A stretch of DNA of 64,000 nucleotides from the NCBI GenBank assembly GCA_964016885.1, contig OZ024741.1:49228001-49292000 (forward strand), read 5' to 3'. This document shows positions 1-12,360 of this stretch, in pieces. The notes under the pieces are model-generated. The model made no database searches and was not told where the DNA came from. It was given only the letters and a program-made list of their open reading frames with translations. This DNA comes from Eledone cirrhosa. Lineage: Eukaryota. Made by a program: the position numbers and the translations under genes. Numbering within the stretch: position 1 is the first letter of the stretch; each line of letters starts with the position of its first letter.

Positions 1-159
1 TGTCCGCCGGGGCTGTGGGTGGGCCCCATCACGTACCATTACATTAGTTAAATACTATTCTTTCATCCCACAACAATAAATATTCTGGTATATATACCAA
101 TCAGCTATTTGTTCAACCATAATGGAAATTCCAAGTAACAGAAAATACATAAATTACAT

Positions 160-345
160 TGTTAGAGCCTCAGAGTATACAATATTTATTTGTTCGGCCC
201 TCGGGAGCAAAGATGAAGAGATTGTTTGGCGAGCTCACCCTAGAGCATCCTACATACAATTGACCATGGTTTTCCCAGATGAAGGCCAGCCACTTTTAGG
301 GTTTGACCCTGAGCTTTGTTGATGGCAATCGCGAGGCTTAGTCTC
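160..345 (-). pseudogene. Helitron Pif1-type helicase C-terminal fragment
   Basis: The minus strand reads RLSLAIAINKAQGQTLKVAGLHLGK / HGQLYVGCSRVSSPNNLFIFAPEGRT / NIVYSEAL across frameshifts. This matches the Helitron RepHel motifs INKAQGQTL and HGQLYVA.SRV. Sequence near 900-915 resembles the 5' end of the Helitron at 8899-9809, so the element probably runs off the window start. Confidence 0.85.
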
Positions 346-1405
346 TCTGTTGCTCTAGTAACATTTTTTCTTCTGGAAAATCTGATCTTGCGGCCAGGTT
401 AGGACTTTTTGGGTGGCATATCGGCAGTAACAATGACGATAAGCCGTCTGTGCTTTCGTGAAATAAATACGTTTGTTTATATTTTGTTTTTGTGTATACA
501 AAAATATCTGTACACGAATATATAATTATATATATTAAAATAACAGATTAAAGTGTAAGCAAAGAATCGCTGCTTTCACCCTTAACGGGATCTTCTGAAA
601 CTAAAAAATCAATCTGTGAACGCAGCAGTAAATATTTCGAAAAACGTTGCAACCGAAAGAAAACAAGAAGATGATACTTTGGTTCGTGAAGACGTTAGGA
701 ATGTCGTATACCCAGAAGTGTTGACATTTGAAAATTTTAAAGAAGTGACTATTTAAATAATGTCTTTAATCTTTTAACAAAATTCAGTAGACGAAAATAC
801 CCTCACTTTTTTACTTGGAAAAAGTTACATCCACGGTGCAAATTTGATGCCGTTTGGTCCAGCCGTTTGGCGGAAAGTTTGTTACCTACATACGGCTGTC
901 AGCTTTATAGTATACATAAGTAATATAATATATACTATGTATAAATAAATATTATATATTTTTTATTTTACTACATTTATATATAATATGTATAATTTGA
1001 TATTTAATATACTATTATATCATCTCTACTCTCCACCACACCCCCTTAGCCCCAGCGTACCCTGAACCTTCTCAACGCCCCTTGGGGGTAGTTGCACCCA
1101 CTTTGAGTGAGAACTTCTGTTCTAGAACGTTGACATTAATTTTCTCCGTAAGAGTAGCTAGTTTTTCGTTAAGGTTACGCACTTCGTTTAGGATTTCATC
1201 ATTAAGTACTATATTTGGTCGGTTTTGAGTGGTATTTCCAAAAGTTGCATGGCTTAACTATTGAAAGAATAGATGATATTTGTTCACACAAGTCAGACAA
1301 TATAGAACAAAATAAAGACATATCTAATAGTATATAGCTTATAACAATGTTATCATCAACAGTAGTAACTTTAATCGTCTTTCTGTTTCTTTGCTATTCA
1401 TATAA

Positions 1406-1465
<60 letters not shown>

Positions 1466-1576
1466 CGGGTAAAATTCCCGAGATCCATGAACGAGTTCTC
1501 TCCAGCGGTCTCTGTCCCTCATTATCGCTGCCATGTCCTGCGTCTCCAACAGACCAGTGTCTGGGAGCCCCTACAT

Positions 1577-1652
<76 letters not shown>

Positions 1653-1764
1653 ATAAATATATATATATATATATATTTATGAATAGACCTGTTATTTTTA
1701 TCTAAAGACATTTTTTCCAATTCCATCCCGCCCATTCCTTCAATCTATCTAATTTCTCATTCTT

Positions 1765-1800
1765 TCTTCTGATGAAGGACTAGCGTCCGAAACGTTAAGA
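1765..1800 (+). ncRNA. Minimal type I hammerhead ribozyme motif (family A)
   Basis: TCTT-CTGATGA-A-GGAC(TAGC)GTCC-GAAA-CG-T-T-AAGA has an intact core, a 4-bp stem II, a palindromic ACGT stem III and a 4-bp stem I. It lies in a ~200-bp element next to (TA)n. Relatives occur at ~3780-3890, 30171-30310, 36051-36206 and 43392-43427(-). Confidence 0.75.
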
Positions 1801-1949
1801 CCCTCTTCCTGCTATTTCAAGCGTTAACCTAATATATTCCTCCCATATACTGTACCGATTGTGTTGTTATTTCTGTTTCCCTTTTACATATATACATACA
1901 TATACATATATATATATATGCATACATACATATTTACACCCACACACAT

Positions 1950-2368
1950 TCATGTTGCCGTGCAGCCGAGCCTTGCGGCGACAGTTAACTATCTGTAGCA
2001 TCTGCAGAGAAATCCAGAGCCGTTTGGAAGAGGTCTTGAGTTTTCCAGGGCGTCGCGCGAAGACTTGTTAACGCTTGATTTAAAAATCTCCCAGTTGTTG
2101 GTCTCGTTCTCGGCCAGGGCGCTGAAACGATTGGCGATGGAGTGCGCAAATGTAGAGGTGATGTTGGATAACGTAGACAGGATGAGTCAAGGCAGGGTTG
2201 ATACTAGGTGGCAAGGTCTGCCCACAACCTCAGCCCCAGTGTCGCAACCAGCAACCTATGATCAGTGTTGCCGAGTTGGGCCCCTCTGTAGACCCGGCAG
2301 TTGGTGACAAACGAATTCCAGCGACGGGAGATGATGATGTGGTCGATAACATGGCAATCCTAGCGAAC
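1950..2368 (-). mobile_element. RTE-clade LINE fragment (APE endonuclease C-terminus and linker)
   Basis: The minus strand reads VIDHIIISRRWNSFVTNCRVYRG / QLGNTDHRLLVATLGLRL, then IANRFSALAENETNNWEIFKSSV and KRLWISLQMLQIVNCRRKARL, with frameshifts. Confidence 0.8.
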
Positions 2369-2379
2369 ATACATAATGC

Positions 2380-2410
<31 letters not shown>

Positions 2411-2428
2411 TGTATGTATGTATGTATG

Positions 2429-2512
<84 letters not shown>

Positions 2513-2528
2513 GCATATATGCATGTTT

Positions 2529-2563
<35 letters not shown>

Positions 2564-2717
2564 GGAGGTGAGTTTTATTGTAGTACAATAAAGCAATGCA
2601 GATATCGGATAAGAAGCACTCTACAGTTTGTAGGACTGGAGTATACATAATATATAAGATGGACCTCATTTAACCATCTTTTGATCTTATATATTATATA
2701 TATATATATATACATAT

Positions 2718-2768
<51 letters not shown>

Positions 2769-2906
2769 AGCAAAAGGGATATTTAATTTGTTGGTAAATC
2801 AACAAATATATATGGTTATAACTGATTTGAAGCACTCAACAGATTTTCTGGAGTATAATATTCAATGATATTAAATAAATGGAAACTATATTTATAAAAC
2901 CATATT

Positions 2907-2967
2907 TATTCTATTATATATATTTCAAGGGTACCAAAACTTTGGTACGGTCTCATCAGATAAAATA
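2907..2967 (-). ncRNA. Type I hammerhead motif (family B)
   Basis: Reverse complement: TATTTTAT-CTGATGA-GACCGTACCAAAGTTTTGGTACCCTT-GAAA-TATATA-T-A-ATAGAATA. Stem I is 8 bp. Relatives are at 35288-35354(-) and 49321-49385(-). Confidence 0.75.
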
Positions 2968-3305
2968 CAAAGTTTGTTTTATAAATAGACATATCCAGGA
3001 AGAAGATCTTAACGGTTCAAGTTTTTCCTGGATATATATATTGTGACAATAAGAATTGCAGCTTTTTGTAAACTTCATCTCATATTACAATTGTTTGTTT
3101 ATCGATCAGCTCATCGGATCCCGACTCTTGACACTTCTTCAGATATGAGAGTTTACATGGGTGGTTCCATCCAAACATACATGCCCCCCCCCCTACACAC
3201 CCACATATATATACACGCATATATCGTTGTCTGAATGTGGGATTGTAATCACTGAAGAAAGAGCCCTCACTATGTAAACATAGAGGTAAATATTATATAA
3301 TATAG

Positions 3306-3495
3306 GGCGGTGGATTGGCAGTATCGGTAGAGAGTCGGACACCATGCTTTGAAGCATAGAGTTACGTCCCTTTATGATCTGAGTTCAAATCCCGCCGAGG
3401 TTAACTTTGCCTTTCATCCTTACGGGGTCGATAACATAAAGTACCAGTAATATACTGAGTAATTGCTGACCTTGTGCCAAAAGTAGAAACAATTA
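3306..3495 (+). mobile_element. tRNA-derived SINE, full-length copy of the dominant family (central domain resembles the Meta/Sauria-type SINE core)
   Basis: A-box-like TGGCAGTATCGG, B-box GAGTTCAAATCCC, core GCCTTTCATCCTTACGGGGTCGATAA and tail AAGTAGAAACAATTA. Other copies: 4920-5061, 5155-5325(-), 17720-17850(-), 22993-23117(-), 23206-23282, 23310-23447, 24750-24903, 24915-25133, 31727-31782, 31930-32100 and 61312-61442(-). Confidence 0.88.
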
Positions 3496-3887
3496 TATAA
3501 TATATACATCGGATACCGACCACGATGTAACCCCAAGGCAACCGGACCCATTTAAGCATCGAGTACTCAAACTGGTGAACCTATAGTAACTTCCTCAAAA
3601 ATTATTTTCTTTTCTTGATACAGGGGCCGGCCGTCGCAGAAACAACATCACACGTTCGGCCGTCCCCCTGTTTCTAGAAAACAAAATAATTTTCGAGAAA
3701 GTTTTTGGATTTTTTTGAATTGAAAGAGTTTTCTAAGGAACTTTCAATGTTTTGAAGTGCGTATTCAGTCAGCCATATATAAGGGCTTATGCCCCAAACG
3801 CCCCCCCCCCACACCACTCTCAATAAGCGTGAACCTAATACCTTTCGTAACTTGTACTCCTGCGTTGTTGTTGGTGTTTTTTACTTT

Positions 3888-3924
<37 letters not shown>

Positions 3925-4140
3925 GTAGGGTTGCAAGGTAAATGCGTCCGTAGGCAGTATGCCGGTTGAGCACTCGATGCTCGTGCAGAGCAGCGTATAA
4001 TATTATAAAGAACGAGGAATCAATGTTGCATCATCTCACATTTATTAACATATTACATATGTTTCTCCGTCGATCAACTCGAGGCAAGATCTCTTATAGA
4101 TCGAACCCGACTCTGCAGTCGAAGGATCTTAAGAATAACA

Positions 4141-4192
<52 letters not shown>

Positions 4193-5061
4193 AAAGATGC
4201 TGTGATTACATAAAGCGTTTATTCATTATAATTATTCGTTTATGTTATATACTGCAGGTAAAAAAAAACATGTTCTTCTTGTTACGTGCCGGGTAAGTGT
4301 ATGGGTTCTGTATATATCTTGCTAATGGCACACTTGTTTGACTGCATTAATGCAGCTTTTATTCATGCCCTTCTAAAAGTGAAAAGTGAAACCTTGTAGC
4401 TGTCACTAAATGATCTGAAACGAAGACGGTGTCTTCATCCGCCATAGCTGCAGTAAAAGAGGGAACGAATGTGGAACAAAAAATCTGCTATTTTTGTATT
4501 TAGACAGAAGTGAAAAGAAAAACAATGAAAAAAAACGAGGACGAGGATATAAAGAAATAGCAGGAAATATTGACTGACTAGGTTAATGAGTTCGACACAC
4601 AAGTGGTGGTGGTGGTGGTAGTGGTGGTGGCGGTATGTCGGTGGTGGTGGCGGTATGTCGGTGGTGGTGGTGGTGGTGACGGTTTGTTGGTGGTGGTGGT
4701 GATGGTGGTGGTGGTGGTGGTGACGGTTTGTCGGTGGTGGTGGTGGTGGTCTTTTTATTTTTGTTTTGTTTTCAATATATATATTTTTCTTTGAAATTTG
4801 AAAGCCACCAATTCTGTTTTTATCATTACGGGGAATATATCTGTTGGGACGTTGAAAACTAATTACGATTGGCTTAACATTTCAAATGTTTTGTACTTGT
4901 ATGGATTTTTTCAAAATTGCTTTGCAGCAAAGAGTTACGACCCTTTACGGTCTGAGTTCAAATCCCGCCGATGTTAACTTTGCCTTTCATCCTTACGGGG
5001 TCAAAGCATCAATAATGCACTGGGGTAATTGCTGACCTTGTGCCAAAAGTAGAAACAATTA

Positions 5062-5475
5062 TCTTAACTATAATAAAGAAAGGAGTGCGGGATTGCGTCC
5101 AGAATATTTTTTTTTAACCCCGTTTGTAAAATAAGTTGGATTACTTTGAATAAATAATTGTTTCTACTTTTGGCACAAGGCCAGCAATTACCCAGTGTAA
5201 TTTACGACCCCGTAAGGATGAAAGGCAAAGTTAACCTCGGCGGGATTTGAACTCAGAATGGCAAGGGCCGTAACTCTATGCGTCAAAGCATGGCGTCCGA
5301 CCCTCTACCGATACTGCCAATCCATGAATAAATGATGAATGAATATTACATAATTTATGTGCTAACTTTCGTGGCTGTTGATTAAATATATTTTATAGCT
5401 TATTTAAAGATTCACTTCTTTAAAATTTTCAAATGTCAACACTTCCGGTTAGCGGCCGTTATATTATAACACTTA
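5062..5475 (+). mobile_element. 3'-truncated non-autonomous Helitron carrying a SINE
   Basis: Starts A|TC and is colinear with the complete element at 61219-61840, including an antisense SINE at the same internal position. Confidence 0.7.
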
Positions 5476-5562
5476 TCTATCTCTATTTCATAGTTTTATG
5501 AAATAGAGATAGATGGAATAGTCTTCTGTTATTGTAGTTGTGTGTGTGTGTGTGTGATCTGT

Positions 5563-5613
<51 letters not shown>

Positions 5614-7392
5614 TGTAGTGTGTGTGTGTGGTGTATGGTGTGTGTGAGTGTGTGTGGTGTGTGTGCGTGTGTGAGTGTGTGTGGTGTGTGTGCGTGTGGT
5701 GTGTGTGTGTGGTGTGTGTGGTGGTGGTGTGTGGTGTGTGTGGTGTGTGCGCGTGTGCTTGTGTGTGTGTGTGTGTGTGTGTGGTGGAGGGGGGGGGGGG
5801 GGGTAATTACATTTTCGTCAAGAGCTGCATATAGCCAATTCGTTACAGACAATTAAACGAAAGGTCATTGGCTCGAATCGGCCTTTTTGTAGTGTTGAGT
5901 GACCAATGGATAAGACAGTTGTTTACACAGTAACCCAGTCGGTTTTGGTTGTAAATAGGTAGCACATGCTTGTACACATCACCTCTGTAAACGCCGGGAG
6001 CACTATGAACCATGCAGTGGGTCTCTTCGCAGTCACTCGCTCTGTGGTATTCGAGACATTTGGTGGAGTTGGGCCGCTGACAGCGAAGTTCTTGTCACCA
6101 TTGGCGGCATGCCTTACCGAGGTGTAAGGAGATGCACGTCAGGGTGCCTGGTTGTTTCAAGGACTTAACCTTGCTATCATCCGCGGTAATGTTGCGAGCG
6201 TGTTGGCTTACCTTATATATTCCCGTTGGCCCTTGACTTGTGCAGCCGATTGTCACACTTGGTGGTGAATTAATAGTTGTTTTAGGTTGTTATTTTTTCT
6301 TTCGATTTAACCATTTATTTTTTGTATTATATTTGTGAGGTTCCTAGCAATAATCAATTATTCTGTGTTTATATTTTCATTTTGAAAGAATTGTGAACAA
6401 TTTCTAATGTTATTTATACAATTGTGAATAAAACAATCAAATATCTCCTTATCCACGCTGGATAATATGATCCCGGGTTCACTTCACCCACAAAAGGACG
6501 AGACGGTCACAACTAGAACGCCTTCGATCATAGGTCTGTTTGATCGGGGCTGACTTGGGATTAAATAAAAGCAAAAACAATGAGAGCGTACTATAATTGA
6601 CTTGTATTTAATAAGCATATTGTACAGAGTTCAAGCCTTGTAATGAGTGGAGCTAGTAGTGGTGCTATGAGTGTTACACACTGTAGTTAATGTACAGAGA
6701 TTAGTCCGTCTCGTGGTCCTGGCCAACAGGATGGAGAAGACATTGTCCCAGAGGACGGCGGGGGAGAGGCGCTGGAACAGTCACCCCACCTCGCGGGGCG
6801 TCCACCAGTAGGCAGCCAACATCGCTTCAATAGCAGTGAGAAAGAGGGGATGTAGTATTTCTTATTTAACTTTAGGTCTGCCCTGATCGAGCCTAACCTA
6901 TGATCAAAGATGCTTTTTTTTTCTAGATAGAAGGAGCCCAGAATCATTTTATCCAACAGGTCTTAATTTTTAAATTTATTTATTTTGGTATGAGGGAGGA
7001 TTAATCTGTTATTTTTAGCGAGATAAAAAACAAGTAAAGGCTCTCTCGTTGGCTCGTGTTATGTAGTGTGTTTTGGTGATATAGGTACGTAAAGTAGTTC
7101 CAATATTTTTAGATACACCGGACAGTTGAGTACTGGATTAAAAGCATTATACTATTTAGTTTCGTACTTCTGAGTTTTAGAGTACAAATTCCACAGAAAT
7201 TAATTTTGTCTATCATTTGATAAAATATATCCAGTTAATATCTTGAAATCGATTCAATTGACTAAAGCCCTCTCCTTAAAGAAACTGGCGTTACTCTGAA
7301 CAAAATAAATGTAAAGAACTCTTAATTCCACCTAGTTTGAAATGCCCAGTGTGTATTTTTACGTATATATTTTATCTTTGGAAGCCGACTTC

Positions 7393-7435
<43 letters not shown>

Positions 7436-8007
7436 GAGAGAGAGAGAGAGAGAGAAACGATTCCTGTATTAGACTCATACTTTATCGAACTCGAAAGAAT
7501 GAAAAGCAAAGTTGACCTCGGTGGGATTTGAACTCAGAGTGGAGTGAGTCGGGACAAAATACCGAAACATTTTTAATTTGAAGCCTTAACTCTTCTGGCA
7601 AGTCACCGCCATTAATTGATGTAAATTTATGTAAGGGGTGGTGGATTAGCAGTATCGGTAGAGGGTCGGACTCCATGCTTTGACGCAAAGAGTTACGGCC
7701 CTTGCCATTCTGAGTTCAAATCCCGCCGAGGTTAACTTTGCCTTTCATGCTTATGGGGTCGATAAAATAAAGTACCAGTATTACACTGGGTAATTGCTGA
7801 CCTTGTGCCAAAAGTAGGAACAATTAATTAATTGTTTCTACTTTTGGCACAAGGCCAGCAATTACCCAATGCATTACTGGTACTTTATTCTATCGACCTC
7901 GGAAGGATGAAAGGCAAAGTTAACCTCGGAATTTCAATTAATTAATGTAAGTTTATGTATGGCTGAATACTTCAAGTTTCTTGGGAGATCTGTCTATCTT
8001 TAACGTT

Positions 8008-8185
8008 TATTCTGCTGGAACCCATGTCTTTAATCCCTTATTCTGCAGGAACCCGTGTCTTTAATCCCTTATTCTACAGGAACCCATGTCTTTAATCCCT
8101 TATTCTACAGGACCCCATATCTTTAATCTCTTATTCTGCTGGAACCCATGTCTTTAATCCCTTATTCTACTGGAACCAATGTCTT
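8008..8185. repeat. 31-bp minisatellite, ~6 units
   Basis: Tandem unit TATTCTRCWGGAACCCATGTCTTTAATCCCT. Confidence 0.9.
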
Positions 8186-8898
8186 ATATTTCTCTCTATC
8201 TCAATCTTTTTTCTCAGTCAACTCCCTTACTCGTTATTTATATCATTACAACCACAAACCCTCACTCCTCCTTGATCTTTGCCTCTTGTCTGATCCTTCA
8301 CCTGCTAACTGACTACGTTGTTAGCATAATCGTGTCTCCTATAACTATCAACTGTTATTTCCTATAACTATCAACTATTATCTCCTATAAGTGGATTGGC
8401 AGTATCGGTAGAGGGTCGGACGCCATGCTTTCCAGCATAGTTACGTCCCTTTACGATCTGAGTTCAAATGCCGCCGAGGTTGACTTTGCCTTTCATCCTT
8501 ACGGGGTCGATAAAATAAAGTACCAGTAATGCACTGGGTAATTGCTGGCCTTGTGCCTAAAGTAGAAACAATTATCTCCTATTGGCAGTATCGGTAGAGG
8601 GTCGGACGTCATGTTTTGACGCATGGAGTTACGGTCCTTGCCATTCTGAGTTCAAATCCCACCGAGGTTAACTTTGCCTTTCATCCTTACGGGGTCGATA
8701 AAATAAAGTACCAGTAATGCACTGGGATAATTGCTGGCCTTGTGCCAAAAGTAGAAACAATTATATCTTATAACTATTAACTATTATATCTTATAACTAT
8801 TAACTATTATCTCCTATAACTATCAACTATTATATCTTATAACTATTAACTATTATCTCCTATAACTATCAACTATTATATCTTATAACTATTAACTA

Positions 8899-9809
8899 CT
8901 AGCATTAAAGCCCGGCGTTGCTCGGGGTCATTAAGTTACCAAAGTTTGGTTGCACCACCCATTTTATGGCAGCACTTTTTTGTCTGCCAGGCACTGGGTG
9001 AATGAATTGCAGACCTGGAAGCAGGAGCTGTGCCAGCAGTGACGATTGTAGTTTCGCCTATGGATATTATCTCTGTGCAAAAAAGTGTTGAAATTTATTG
9101 TTTCACAGTACCTGCGCAACACGCGCGTAGACGATGCCAGCCGAACAACAGAGCTGCGATGGAGTTGTTCTGCATGGTTGTCTGTGTGTTTTCTAAATTT
9201 AAGACAGTAGGGAGGGTTGTGATATGAGGGAGAGTTAGCTGTTGTTTCTAGCAGGTTTAGTGACCTCATAGAGGATATGTGTTTTCTAAATTTAAGACAG
9301 TAGGGAGGGGTGTGATATGGGGGAGAGTTAGCTGCTGTTTCTAGCAGGTTTAGTAACCTCATAGAGGATATGTGTTTTCTAAATTTAAGACAGTAGGGAG
9401 TGGTGTGGGGAGTGGTGTGATATGGAGGAGAGTTAGCTGCTGTTTCTAGCAGGTTTAGTAACTTCATAGAGGATATGTATTTTCTAAATTTAAGACAGTA
9501 GGGAGTGGTGTGAACGGACAGTATCACCATCAAGCTTGGAAAGAGAAAGTAGCAGAAAGTATGAAGTTGTATAGATTTTGAATGGTAGTAGAAAGAATTC
9601 AGCAGTTTAAATGAGAGAGAAAAATCGTAAAATATTGAGTTTTATCTATTTTTTGCGTAATTGTGGGTGAAATTGAAAAAATTATCTGCGTCAAGACGCA
9701 ATCGAAACTGTTTCGAATACTGAATTGTAAATTTCAATTGAAGAAATTCTATATCGTAGATTTCTATAACGAAGGAGCATGACTACACACTGAGCTTTAT
9801 AGATTATGA
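8899..9809 (-). mobile_element. Non-autonomous Helitron with an internal ~93-bp tandem repeat
   Basis: On the minus strand it has a 5' TC end and a 3' hairpin CCCGAGCAACGCCGGG about 8 nt before CTAG. It is inserted between A and T with no TSD, and removing it restores the flanking 23-bp repeat. The internal repeat spans 9185-9510. Confidence 0.85.
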
Positions 9810-10164
9810 TTATATCTTATAACTATTAACTATTATCTCTTATAACTATTAACTATTATCTCCTATTACTAGTATCGGTAGAGAGTCGGACGCCATGCTT
9901 TGCAACATAGTTCTGAGTTCAAATCCCGCCGGGGTTAACTTTGCCTTTCATCCTTACGAAGTCGATAAAATAAAGTACCAGTAATGCACTGGGGTAGATT
10001 AATCGACTTTCCCCTCCCCAAAACTTGTGCCTAAAGTAGAAACAATTATCTCTTATAACTATCAACTTTTTATCTTTTAAAACTATCAACAAAGTGGTTG
10101 CAATTCTTTTAATGATGTTCCTTTTAAAAACTATTATTTCTGCCTATGTTTGATCCTCTATCAC

Positions 10165-10500
10165 CATCCCAAAGACAAGGTCAATGTTCTCTGGTATGGT
10201 CACTGTTGATGGCCACCCAAACCTCGTCATCTTTCACACTTATCTTGCCATGCTTGAATTCATTGACCCAGCGTTTGACCGTGGCATATGGCGGAGTATC
10301 GTCCCCTAATGAGTCTTGCATGTTCATATTGATCTCAACTGAGGTTATGTCTTTCAACGACAGATACTTGTTCACTGTTCGATACTCGAGTTTCTCCATT
10401 TTTTTAATAAAACGCCTGAGTAGATCAACTTTAAGAATCTACGAAAAGAAATGAAAAAGTGTTTAGACCATGAAACCTGGCCAGCACTGCAAGCATAAGT
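10165..10500 (-). mobile_element. Mariner transposase N-terminal (HTH) fragment
   Basis: ORF 10181-10399 reads MEKLEYRTVNKYLSLKDITSVEINMNMQDSLGDDTPPYATVKRWVNEFKHG, matching the N-terminus of Himar1/Hsmar2-like mariners. Confidence 0.85.
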
Positions 10501-10540
10501 CGAAGAATCACAAATAAAATTTAATTTACATATCTATTTG

Positions 10541-10571
<31 letters not shown>

Positions 10572-10606
10572 CAAGAAATGTAAGTCAACAGGTTAAAATT
10601 AACTTC

Positions 10607-10887
10607 GTCTTTATCAGGACGATCCCTCCAACACTTGCGACTGCTGGATTTGAATACAATCGAGAATATATAGTTTTTTCATCTGTGTAAATGAGGTGAT
10701 TAATCTCATTTGCATATGAAGCTGCATAAGTTGGCTCAACTTATAATAGAATAGTTTCATATGCAAATGAGATTAATCACCCCATTTACACAGACGACAA
10801 AACTATATATTCTCGACTGTTTATAAGTCCAGTAGTCGCAAGTGTAGGAAGGATCGTCCTGATAAAGACCGAAATGCATCGACGATT
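10607..10887. repeat. ~125-bp imperfect inverted repeat ending in a degenerate hammerhead motif
   Basis: Arms are 10607-10733 and 10752-10869. The plus strand reads ATCGTC-CTGATAA-AGACC-GAAA-TGCA-TC-GACGAT, with a 6-bp stem I, a palindromic stem III loop, a C3-A8 mismatch and no stem II. Confidence 0.7.
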
Positions 10888-11489
10888 GTCCCCCTTGCTT
10901 CTGCTGACACCACCAGAGGGCGTTATCCTCAGTGTTTTTTGCATAGCTACGGCTTTCTAAATGTTTACCTGTAAACGAAATTTCTATAAATATTATATAT
11001 ATATTATATATTCATTTTATTAAGGCTGACTAGAAATCCTTGATAGTCTGGAGTTCGCCTGTTTCTCACTGGGTCATCAATATATATCTATGTGTGTGTG
11101 TGTATGTGTGCATGCGCGCGTGTAAATATGCATGTGTAAATTTATGTGTGGAGACAAGAAAGGTAAGGAGAGAGAGAGACAGAGAGAGAGAGAGGGAGAG
11201 AGAGAGGGGGAGAGATATGAATGAAATAAGGAGACAATTTCAAGTCCTTACACGAGCACACATACACACACACACACACGCACATACACACACACATACA
11301 TACATACATATACACACACATGCACACATACACGCAAACACGCACATACACATACACATACACACACGCGCACACATACACATGTACACACACACACACA
11401 TGCAACACACATATATGCACATGTACAAGAAAAAGCACAACACACCCTTTCTTAAAATCATGAATAATTAACTTCCACTTTAGTGCACG

Positions 11490-12286
11490 TTTTATATACA
11501 CAAATATATACACATGCTCACACACGCATACACAGACACATATACACACACAATCTCACACAAACACACACACATTCACACGCGTTTCCCTAAAACTAGT
11601 GTTGTACACACGCGTACAAACACACATACACACCTACACATACATACACACACACACACACACATGCACTCACACACACACACACAGACACACACTCACA
11701 CTCACACACATGCACACACACACCATCACGCGCGCTTCCCAAGAGTCAGTGTTACACACTCGCGTATAAACACACACACTCACACACAAGCATACATACA
11801 CACACTCACACATACGCACATACACTCACAAAAACACACACATGCACACACACACTCATGCGCGCTTCCCAAGCGGCAATGTTACACACACACATACACA
11901 CATACCCCCCACACCCCACTCCTACACACACATATGCACGCACGCTTCCCAAGCGGCAATGTTACACACGCATATACACGCACACACATACCTCCACGCA
12001 CCCCACTCACACACACACACACACACGCATACCCCTACACACCCTACTCACACACACGCACACACACAAAGACACACACACTCACGCGCGCTTCCCAAGC
12101 GGCAATGTTACACACGCGCGGACACACACACATGCACACACACACACATGCACACACACACACACACACACACACATGCACGCACGCTTCCCAAGCGGCA
12201 GTGTTACACACGCATACACACACACATGCACGCACGCTTCCCAAGCAGCAGTGTTACACACGCATACATACACACACACACACCCC

Positions 12287-12329
<43 letters not shown>

Positions 12330-12360
12330 TCACGCCCGCTTCCCTAAAGTCAGTGTTACC
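11490..12360. repeat. Composite minisatellite: ~27-bp core separated by variable (CA)n
   Basis: The core CRCGCTTCCCAAGCGGCARTGTTACAC recurs about 8 times (near 11581, 11731, 11860, 11941, 12086, 12183, 12233 and 12336). Confidence 0.85.

Larger units (their letters stand above)
7481..10048. mobile_element. SINE cluster (at least 6 copies) interleaved with a 23-bp minisatellite
   Basis: SINE copies lie at 7481-7612(-), 7636-7828(+), 7829-7930(-), 8391-8574(+), 8582-8763(+) and 9871-10048(+). From 8335 onward they are separated by units of CTATAACTATYAACTATTATMTC. Confidence 0.85.

Noticed and set aside
11575-12360. CRISPR-like repeat and spacer pattern
   Set aside because: The spacers are only (CA)n of irregular length, there are no cas genes, and the context is eukaryotic.
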